A DNA stretch of 33,393 bases. It comes from Armatimonadota bacterium (GTDB taxonomy: Bacteria > Armatimonadota > Zipacnadia > Zipacnadales > UBA5352). Below the pieces are notes generated by a model. It was not told the origin of the DNA and did not search any database. It saw nothing but the letters and a program-made list of their open reading frames with translations. The stretch lies in NCBI GenBank assembly GCA_034722055.1, contig JAYENL010000248.1:1-33393 (forward strand), in the 5' to 3' direction. This document shows positions 18,259-25,576 of the stretch, piece after piece. The position numbers were made by a program, and so were the translations under genes. Within the stretch, counting starts at the first letter, position 1. Every line of letters begins with the position of its first letter.

Positions 18259-20958
18259 ATGAGCGTCGAGTGCTGGCGAGACAGCATCACGCTGCTGACC
18301 TACCTGCAGGGGCCGGAGGACCCGCACGCGTCTCTGGGCCGCCGCCGCATCTACCCCTACACCATGCAGGATGACCTGCTGCATGAGGCCGAGGAGCGCC
18401 AGTACCTGGCCCTGCACCTGGAGAACGAGCTGCTGCACGTTATCGTGCTGCCCGAGCTGGGAGGCAGGGTCTTCTCGGCCTACGATAAGGTCGCCGGCCG
18501 GGAGGTCTTCTACCGGAACAACGTGGTGAAGCCGGCGATGGTGGCCCTGCGGGGGGCGTGGATAAGCGGCGGCATCGAGTTCAACTTCTTCCACAGAGGC
18601 CATTCGCAAACGACCATGGCTCCCGTGAGCTTCGAGGTCCACGAGCCCCGCGACGCAGGCGAGGGCGCCGCCATCACGGTCTCCAACATCGACCTCAGCA
18701 GCCGGGCCCGCTGGGCCATCACCATCGCGCTGGAGCCTGGCGATCCCCGGCTGCATCAGGGCGTCCACCTGCGCAACCGCATGCCCTGGCGGCAGCGCTA
18801 CTACTTCTGGGCCAACGCCGCGCTGCCCGCCACGGACGACCTGCGACTGGTCTACCCCGCGCACAAGGCCCGCTTCTCCCGCGAGGGCGTCGTGGATTAC
18901 CCCATGTGGAGGGGCCGCGACCTGAGCCTCTACCGCAACCACGTCGTGGCGAACGATATCTTCACCCTGGACGTGGCGGAGGACTTCTTCGGCTGCTACT
19001 ACCCGGACGAGGACGGTGGCCTGGTGCACCTGGCCGACCGGGCCGAGAGCATCGGCAAGAAGTTCTTCACCTGGGGCACCGAGGACGCCGGCATGATCTG
19101 GGTGGACCTGCTGACCGACGACGACGGTCAGTACGTGGAGCTGCAGGCCGGGCGGTTCGTGGACCAGAACGTCTACGAGTTCATGCGTCCCTTCCAGCAA
19201 ATGCACTGGCATGAAATCTGGTGGCCGGTGCACGGAATCGGCGGTTGGGTCTGGGCCAGCGATGAGGCGGCGCTGAACTTCCGCCTGGGCGAGGATGGCC
19301 AGGCGAAGATAGGTGCCCTGACCTGGCGGCGGCACCAGGACGCGCGCATTGCGGTCAGCGTGGGGGCGACCGTCCTGTGGTCGGAGAGCGCGGACCTGGC
19401 GCAGGATGCGCCCTTCACGGCCAGCGCGGAACTGGGGGAGGCCCCGATCCGCGCCGAGGAGCTCGTCGTCACCATCGACGCGGACGGCCGGGAGCTCCTG
19501 CGTTACGTGCATCCCCCTGAGCACACCAAGTACCCGTCGGTGCTGGAGACCGGGGAGCGCGAGCGTGCGGACCCCACACCTGAGGAGCAGTGCACGGCGG
19601 GCGAGCTGCATCTGCGGGCCACCGAGCAGGAGCTGTCAGGCCGGATGGACGAGGCGCGGCGGCTGTGGGAGCTGGCGCTGGAGCGGGATGGCGCGCTGGT
19701 CGGGGCGCACGTCGGGCTGGGGCTGCTGGATCATGGGGAGGGGCGCTTCGAGGCCGCCCGCGAGCACTTCCAGCAGGCCGTGGATCTCGACCGCCATGAC
19801 TTCCAGGCCAAGTACTACCTGGCGCTGGCGATGCTTGAGCTCGGCGAGGAAGAGAACGCGCGGGCGATCCTGCGGCGCCTGGTGGCGGTCGGCATGTGCC
19901 GCGAGGAGGCGGCCGACCTGCTGCTGTGGGCTGGCGAGTGCGAGTCCCCCGGCGACAGCCCTGCTGCGGCCCTTGACCGCCCGGAGATCCTCCGCGACGA
20001 GCCGGAGCAGTGGCTGGAGGTGGCCTCCGAGTACGCCGCGACCGGCTGCCTGGCGCGCGCTATCTCACTGCTTCGCGAGGGCTGCGAGGCGGAGGGCCGC
20101 GTGGCGGATCATCCACTGGTGCACTACACGCTGGCTCACTACCTGGAGCGGACCGGCGATGAAAGGGAGGCCGCGGCCGAGCGGCAGCGGGCGCGCGAGT
20201 CCGATCCGCTGCGCTGCTTCCCGTGGCGGCTGGAGGACCTGGAGATCCTGCGCAGCGCCGTCGAGAGCGCTCCCGACGACTGGCTGGCGCGGTACCTGCT
20301 GGGCACATGGCTGGCCTCACGCGGGCGGACCGAGGAGGCTCTGGAGCAGTGGCTGGCCGCGGCGCAGATCCACGGCGGCTTCGAGCCGCTGCTGCGCAAC
20401 ATCGGCTGGGCCTCCTGGCACTGGGGGAACGATGCCGAGACCGCCCAGCGATGGTACCGCCGCGCCCTGGAGCGCCGGCCGGACGAGTACCGGCTCTACG
20501 TCGAGCTGGATCGCATCATGGAGGCCGCCGAGTGGCCCGCGCAGCGGCGGCTGGAGCTGCTGCGCTCGGCCCCGGAGCGGGTGCAGGACAAGTGGCAGAT
20601 GGCCGCGCGCATCGCTGACGCGCTGGTGGCGCTGGGGCGCTGGGATGAGGCGCTGGAGGAGCTGGACACGCACCGCTTCATCCCATGGGAGGGTGCGCGG
20701 GGCATGCGGAAGCTCTGGGTCGCCGCGCTGCTCGGCAGGGCGGATGCGCTGGCAGATGCCGGCCAGTACGAGAGCGCGCTGGAGGCCTGCTGGCGGGCGC
20801 TGGAGTACCCGCGCAACATCGGCGTGGGCCGCCGCGCTCGACCGACCGGCGAGGCCACCATCTGGCGCCGCGCCGCCGAAATCGCGCAGCGCATGGGCGA
20901 TGAGGACGCCCGCTCCGAGTATGAGACTCGCGCGGAGGAGCTGGAGCGCGCCGACTGA
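18259..20958 (+). CDS. DUF5107 domain protein with C-terminal TPR repeats
   Basis: ATG at 18259. IYPY, LENELLHVIVLPELGGRV, FYRNNVVKPAMVALRGAWISGGIEFN, GKKFFTWG, LTDDDGQYVELQAG; helical TPR-like C-terminal half (PWEG..., ALEYPRNIGVG). Confidence 0.85.
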   Translation: MSVECWRDSITLLTYLQGPEDPHASLGRRRIYPYTMQDDLLHEAEERQYLALHLENELLHVIVLPELGGRVFSAYDKVAGREVFYRNNVVKPAMVALRGAWISGGIEFNFFHRGHSQTTMAPVSFEVHEPRDAGEGAAITVSNIDLSSRARWAITIALEPGDPRLHQGVHLRNRMPWRQRYYFWANAALPATDDLRLVYPAHKARFSREGVVDYPMWRGRDLSLYRNHVVANDIFTLDVAEDFFGCYYPDEDGGLVHLADRAESIGKKFFTWGTEDAGMIWVDLLTDDDGQYVELQAGRFVDQNVYEFMRPFQQMHWHEIWWPVHGIGGWVWASDEAALNFRLGEDGQAKIGALTWRRHQDARIAVSVGATVLWSESADLAQDAPFTASAELGEAPIRAEELVVTIDADGRELLRYVHPPEHTKYPSVLETGERERADPTPEEQCTAGELHLRATEQELSGRMDEARRLWELALERDGALVGAHVGLGLLDHGEGRFEAAREHFQQAVDLDRHDFQAKYYLALAMLELGEEENARAILRRLVAVGMCREEAADLLLWAGECESPGDSPAAALDRPEILRDEPEQWLEVASEYAATGCLARAISLLREGCEAEGRVADHPLVHYTLAHYLERTGDEREAAAERQRARESDPLRCFPWRLEDLEILRSAVESAPDDWLARYLLGTWLASRGRTEEALEQWLAAAQIHGGFEPLLRNIGWASWHWGNDAETAQRWYRRALERRPDEYRLYVELDRIMEAAEWPAQRRLELLRSAPERVQDKWQMAARIADALVALGRWDEALEELDTHRFIPWEGARGMRKLWVAALLGRADALADAGQYESALEACWRALEYPRNIGVGRRARPTGEATIWRRAAEIAQRMGDEDARSEYETRAEELERAD

Positions 20959-20988
20959 GAGGCCCCCTGCCCATGGCGGAAGTCCGGG

Positions 20989-22230
20989 TCACTCCTCGCC
21001 CCTCTGTGCAGCGACCTCCGCGTCCATGACTGCAGCCAGCTCATCCAGCGCCGACCTCACGTCCTGCCGCCCGGTGAAGACCCTGTAGAGCATCTGCTGC
21101 GCCGCCAGCTCGATGGGCTCCCACCGCATCAGGGGAATGAACTTGCCGTCCGGGATGATGTCCACGAAGATCCTCCAGTCCGGGTCGTTCTGGAAGAAGT
21201 CGGACTCCGCGACGGCCCGTTTCTCCGGCACCATCCCCAGCTCGCAGAACTGCTGCCGGTAGCGATCCTGGTAGGCGAACTCAATGAAATCCAGCGCCAG
21301 CTCCGGCTCCCGGCAGTGCCTGGGCATCATGAGGTGGTCGGTGATCACCTGAGTGATGCGCCGCGGCTGGAAGGGGGGCCGATCCGGAGCGACCGGCAGC
21401 GGCGCGACGGCGTACGCCAGCTCCGGGTTCTTGCTGCGTAGGTCGGCGACCACCCACGGCCCGTTGGCGTGCATGGCGACCTTCCCCTGGATGAAGTACT
21501 GCCGCGTCTGCTTGCGGGACCAGGAGGTGGGCTCCGGCTGGGTCACGTCATGTCGCCGGGCCAGGTCGCGGTAGAACTTGAGGCTGGCGACGCCGATCGG
21601 CGAGTTCACCGCCGCCCGGCCATCCTCGTCGAAGAACTCCCCGCCGGCGCTCCAGAAGAAGAAGTACCAGTTGTCGGTGCTCTCGTAGGTCGGCTTGACG
21701 GGGATTCCCAGCCCATAGGGGCTGTCCCAGTGATGCAGCCTCCGCGCGCAGTCCAGCAGCTCATCCCAGTCCCGCGGCGGTCCGGTCAGTCCTGCCTCCT
21801 CGAACAGATCGGTGCGGTAGAAGAGGGCCTTGGTGGAGGTGGCCCACACCAGCCCGTAGGTGTGCCCTCGATAGGTGGCCTTGTTCAGCAGAACCTCGAA
21901 GAACTGAGCCTTCAGCTCCGCGGGCAGATCGTCCGCGTAGGGAACCAGATCATCCGCGAACTCGGCGATCCACATGTCCGGCGCCACGAACAGGTCCGGT
22001 CCCGTATTGGACTTCAGCCACTCGGCGATCTTCTCGTGCGCCCCCTCCCACTCGCCGAGCTGGAAGCTGATCGTGTCGCCGGGGTGCGCCTCCTCGAAGT
22101 CGGCAATGAGCTGGTCGTAGAACTCCCGCTCGCCGGGCATGTGGTAGTTCCAGGCCTGGAAGGCGATCTCCCCGGCATAGACGGTTGATGCGGCCAGCAG
22201 GAGCGTAAGTGTGGCAAGAAGACGTCTCAT
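20989..22230 (-). CDS. Sugar ABC transporter substrate-binding protein (family 1)
   Basis: ATG at 22230 after GGAGGGA. Signal peptide; LIADFEEAHPG, GPDL, ALFYRTDLFEEAGL..PPRDWDEL, FIQGKVAMHANGPW. Confidence 0.88.
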   Translation of the reverse strand: MRRLLATLTLLLAASTVYAGEIAFQAWNYHMPGEREFYDQLIADFEEAHPGDTISFQLGEWEGAHEKIAEWLKSNTGPDLFVAPDMWIAEFADDLVPYADDLPAELKAQFFEVLLNKATYRGHTYGLVWATSTKALFYRTDLFEEAGLTGPPRDWDELLDCARRLHHWDSPYGLGIPVKPTYESTDNWYFFFWSAGGEFFDEDGRAAVNSPIGVASLKFYRDLARRHDVTQPEPTSWSRKQTRQYFIQGKVAMHANGPWVVADLRSKNPELAYAVAPLPVAPDRPPFQPRRITQVITDHLMMPRHCREPELALDFIEFAYQDRYRQQFCELGMVPEKRAVAESDFFQNDPDWRIFVDIIPDGKFIPLMRWEPIELAAQQMLYRVFTGRQDVRSALDELAAVMDAEVAAQRGEE

Positions 22231-22285
22231 GGTGCCGTCATCCCTCCGTCCGGCTCTCATGAACAACTGGCCTCGGCCTCGATGA

Positions 22286-22312
22286 TTCGCGAGGCGCTGG
22301 GACGGGTCCTGC
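22286..22312 (-). promoter_or_regulatory. Putative sigma-H-like promoter (GCAGGA...CGAAT)
   Basis: Minus strand GCAGG-N18-CGAAT, about 55 nt upstream of the binding-protein start. Confidence 0.5.
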
Positions 22313-22377
22313 GTGGCGCGTCCGCGCTCTCACGCAGGCCCGGCGGCCTCACGCGAGCAGCACCAGCGTTCCCACCA

Positions 22378-23139
22378 TCACAATGATCTCGCGGACGCCG
22401 AGCCGTTCCGCTGGTCCGATCCGAGGCGGCGAAGCTCCAACGCGCCCCAGGTCGCGAGTGCCTCCCCACAGATCACCAGCACGTGCTCCACGTCGCGCTC
22501 CCTGGCCCACTCAACCGCCGCCTCCACGTCATCAGGCCCCCGGACGCGGTTCGCCGCGGCGGTCGCGATGGCGTCGGCCTCAGCTCCGCCCCCGGCGGCA
22601 ATGACCACCGCGTCAGCTCGCCCGGCGCTTGCGGAGTGGCCCACCGTCCCGGAGGAGGTACACACCGCCCGCTCCCCCGGCGGCACGGCCAGGCCCAGCC
22701 GTCCGCTCCACGCGGATCGGCCGGCATCGATCGCCACCACGCGCGTGGTGGCGGTGATCAGATACAGATCGCCGCCATTCTCCACGATGACCTCGCCGCC
22801 GTCCTCCGCCAGGGCGCGGGCGACGTGCTCAGCGACGGTTCCCGCCACCGCCGCCATGGGACCGGTGCCGACCCGCCGCGCCGCCTCGTACATGGCTGCC
22901 ACCGGGCCCGTGACACCGTCGGGAAGCGGCAGCGGCGTGCGGGCCTCCAGGAACTCGGGGTGCAGCGCGCCGTGGCTCTCGATTAGCCGCCTGACCTCAC
23001 GGGCGGCGGCACGGGCGTCCGCCCGCATCTCCCGCTCAGCGAGGACCAGCAGGTCGCTCTCGCCGACCGCCACCTCGAAGGCCACCAGGCCCTCGGCTGC
23101 CACGGTGCGCCTGTAGCGTCTGGGCTCGTGTGATCTCAT
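22378..23139 (-). CDS. UPF0280 family (ApbE-like, COG2122) protein
   Basis: ATG at 23139. FEVAVGESDLLV, GPMAAVAGTVAE, VIVENGGDL, VCTSSGTVGHS.S.GRADAV, ADAIATAAANRV. Confidence 0.88.
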   Translation of the reverse strand: MRSHEPRRYRRTVAAEGLVAFEVAVGESDLLVLAEREMRADARAAAREVRRLIESHGALHPEFLEARTPLPLPDGVTGPVAAMYEAARRVGTGPMAAVAGTVAEHVARALAEDGGEVIVENGGDLYLITATTRVVAIDAGRSAWSGRLGLAVPPGERAVCTSSGTVGHSASAGRADAVVIAAGGGAEADAIATAAANRVRGPDDVEAAVEWARERDVEHVLVICGEALATWGALELRRLGSDQRNGSASARSL

Positions 23140-23197
23140 CGCCACCGGAGAACTTCCTGCCCTGACGCCCACATCCCTGCGCCGCACCTGGGCCAGA

Positions 23198-23429
23198 CTT
23201 ACCTTTACCCACATTGTGGCGACTGGCGATTCGCTGTCTGCCGTCCGGAGGGGCCGTTTGAGGCTCCAGCATCGTTCGCTGGAGCCGAAGCTGGCCCGGC
23301 CGTTGGCCGTCCAGGCCGCTGATTGCGTCACTTCGCCTGCAGCGGGCCGACTTCGCGCGCTCCCGAGGAGCGCCCTCAGGCGGCCCCTCCACGGCCAACA
23401 GCCCTCCGCAACTTGTGGGTAGAGGTAAG
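23198..23429. mobile_element. Non-autonomous IS4-family (IS50/Tn5-like) MITE, 232 bp
   Basis: Terminal inverted repeats CTTACCTTTACCCACATTG (23198-23216) and, as reverse complement, CTTACCTCTACCCACAAGT (23411-23429). Flanking 9-bp direct repeats TGGGCCAGA (23189-23197) and TGGGCCGGA (23430-23438). No transposase inside. Confidence 0.75.
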
Positions 23430-23542
23430 TGGGCCGGAGGGGGCGAGACTCCGCCTCCTGCGGGTTGAGTACACCGCCGCCCCCGGGCACCACGGTTCGG
23501 ATGCACAGGTGCCTCGCGCGGCTGGCCTCTGCACCGGTCATC

Positions 23543-23572
23543 TTCGCCTTCCGCGCTGCGGTACGGTATAAT
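23543..23572 (+). promoter_or_regulatory. Putative sigma70 promoter of mtaD
   Basis: Perfect TATAAT at 23567-23572 in GC-rich context; only a weak -35 (TTCGCC at 23543-23548). Confidence 0.5.
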
Positions 23573-23718
23573 GCGCGGCGGCGTGGCAGCGGCTGTGAGC
23601 CGGGCGTGTCTCTTGCCCCCTCACACCGGAGGTCGCGAGGCCGAAGGTCACTGAGACGCGCAGCTTCTCCTCGAGCTGTGCGATCTCCACTCTTGCAGCA
23701 ACGCCGGGAGGGCGTCTG

Positions 23719-25017
23719 ATGGCGATTCTGCGTGTCGAGGGCGCACAGATCATCACCATGGCCGACGAGGCCCAGGCCCGGGAGGGCTGGACGCTGGAGG
23801 CTGTGGACGGCGAGATCACCTTCGTGGGACCGGCCGAGGAGCTGCAGCCGGCCGGTGAGCCCGATGAGCTCATCGACGGATCGGGGTGCCTGCTGCTGCC
23901 GGGCCTGGTCAACGCCCACACCCACGCGGCCATGACCCTCTTCCGCGGCAGCGCCGACGACATGCCGCTTAAGCCCTGGCTGGAGCAGAGGATCTGGCCC
24001 GTCGAGGCGAAGCTCACCAAGGATGACGTCTACTGGGGAACGATGCTCGGCGCCGCCGAGATGCTGCTGGCGGGCGTGACCTGCTTCAACGACATGTATC
24101 ACCACCCGCATGCGGGCACCCAGGCGGCGATGGACGCGGGCATCCGCATGTGTCCCTCCGGCGTGCTGCTGGGCATCCTGCCCAACGCCGACGACATGCT
24201 GGACGAGGCGCTGGACTTCACCGCCGAGTTCGCCGACCGCGATGACCTGTGCATCCATCCCATGCTGGCTCCACACGCGCCCTACACCTGCCCCCGGGAG
24301 ATGCTGGAGCGGCTGGTGGAGGTCGCCACCGACCTGGGCGTCCCCATCCACATCCACCTGGCGGAGACCGAGGACAATGTCCAGGCGTCGATGGAGACCT
24401 ATGGCAAGCGTCCCGTGCAGGCTATGGAGGAGGTGGGCCTGTTCGACGTGCCCGTCAGCGCGGCCCACTGCGTGCACGTGGATGAGACCGACATCGGGAT
24501 CATCGCCGACCGCGGCGTGGGCGTGGCCCACTGCCCGGGAAGCAACCTGAAGCTGGCCAGCGGCATGGCGCCGGTTCAGGCGCTCACCTGCGCCGGTGCC
24601 CGCGTCGGCCTGGGCACCGACGGCTGCGGGTCCAACAACAACCTGGACCTGCTGGAGGAGGCGCGGCTGGCGGCGCTGGTCGCCAAGGTCCGCGAGGATG
24701 ACCCAACCACCGTCCCCGCCGAGGCCGCCCTGCGCCTGGCCACCATCGGCGGCGCGCAGGCGCTGTTCCTCGAGGACCGCATCGGCACGCTGGAGCCCGG
24801 CAAGCGCTGTGACTGCATCCTCGTGGACCTGGGGGCCCCTCACCTGTATCCCCGCCACAGCCTGGTCTCCCACATGATCTACTCCGCACGGGCCGGCGAC
24901 GTGCACACGACGATCGTGGACGGACGCGTGCTGGTCCGCGATCGGAGGCTGACCACCATCGACCTTGAGGAGACGGTGGCGAAGGTCGCCGAAAGCGCTG
25001 AGCGGTTGTTTCGCTGA
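23719..25017 (+). CDS. mtaD: 5'-methylthioadenosine/S-adenosylhomocysteine deaminase (amidohydrolase family)
   Basis: PGLVNAHTHAAMTLFRGSADDMPL..WL...IWPVE, GVTCFNDMY, APHAPYTC, HIHLAET, AAHCV, HCPGSNLKLASG, LGTDG..SNNNLD. Confidence 0.85.
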   Translation: MAILRVEGAQIITMADEAQAREGWTLEAVDGEITFVGPAEELQPAGEPDELIDGSGCLLLPGLVNAHTHAAMTLFRGSADDMPLKPWLEQRIWPVEAKLTKDDVYWGTMLGAAEMLLAGVTCFNDMYHHPHAGTQAAMDAGIRMCPSGVLLGILPNADDMLDEALDFTAEFADRDDLCIHPMLAPHAPYTCPREMLERLVEVATDLGVPIHIHLAETEDNVQASMETYGKRPVQAMEEVGLFDVPVSAAHCVHVDETDIGIIADRGVGVAHCPGSNLKLASGMAPVQALTCAGARVGLGTDGCGSNNNLDLLEEARLAALVAKVREDDPTTVPAEAALRLATIGGAQALFLEDRIGTLEPGKRCDCILVDLGAPHLYPRHSLVSHMIYSARAGDVHTTIVDGRVLVRDRRLTTIDLEETVAKVAESAERLFR

Positions 25018-25373
25018 CGTTGGGACAATCCGCGGTCGTGTCTGGGGCTGGCTGGTGCGCAGCTATCTGCGCCTGCTGCTGCGGCGTGCGGGGCTTCAGC
25101 CCGTGTTGCCGGTGTAGTTCGGGGCGTCATCATGTGACGACCTGCTGGTCGTGGCGTGGCACGGCGATGCAAGGCGCCGTGAGCGGATGCTTCAGCCGAT
25201 GAGCGTCGCCAGATTGTCGGTCGCACGCGGGGCGCCCCCAACCCAGGAAGGTACTGGGGCGCGGGCGCTCTCGCCTGGGTGGTGTGCGGTACGGAGGTCG
25301 GGCGTGCCTACGCCCGACGCGGGCCGAAAGCCCTGCATTCGTTGCCGTCGCGTCGTGGACGCGTTCGAAGGAC

Positions 25374-25417
25374 AGTGGCGCTGCGCGCCACAAGCCGGCG
25401 AGGGCGCCGGCTTCCCA
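25374..25417 (-). repeat. 44-bp double-hairpin REP-like repeat, copy B
   Basis: Reverse complement is 43/44 identical to 12261-12304. Confidence 0.8.
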
Positions 25418-25434
25418 AGGATGGAGTACCCTGC

Positions 25435-25458
25435 TGGGGCGCGGGCGCCCCCGCCCGC
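25435..25458 (+). repeat. REP-like palindrome, second family
   Basis: TGGGGCGCGGGCGCCCCCGCCCGC; degenerate sister copy at 25255-25278. Confidence 0.6.
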
Positions 25459-25504
25459 GCGTTCCACCGACATTTGGAGTTGGCAACCCGCCGGCCAGGA
25501 TCGC

Positions 25505-25534
25505 TTGCCTCCGCACCCGCAGCAGGCGTATAAT
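25505..25534 (+). promoter_or_regulatory. Putative sigma70 promoter of the amidase gene
   Basis: TTGCCT-N18-TATAAT, 42 nt upstream of the ATG at 25577. Confidence 0.6.
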
Positions 25535-25576
25535 GGCCTCCCGCCGCCGGCACTTGCGGACGAGGAGCAGCATGCG

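Noticed and set aside
23360..23395. SAH riboswitch-like GAGGAGCG
   Set aside because: It lies inside the MITE, upstream of the mtaD promoter, and lacks the downstream CAGGCTC and GGCGCTC elements.
23198..23429. 6S RNA interpretation of the long hairpin
   Set aside because: Transposon-type 19-bp ends and a 9-bp direct repeat explain it better; no promoter or terminator pair flanks it.
23590..23665. HDV-like ribozyme in the mtaD leader
   Set aside because: The pseudoknot order is similar, but only 7 nt separate the P2-like 5' strand from the P1-like 3' strand, too short for P3/L3.
23140..24906. 842-aa ORF 22378..24906 (-) as a large fusion protein
   Set aside because: The upstream part is antisense to mtaD and reads through the MITE; only 22378-23139 has family motifs.
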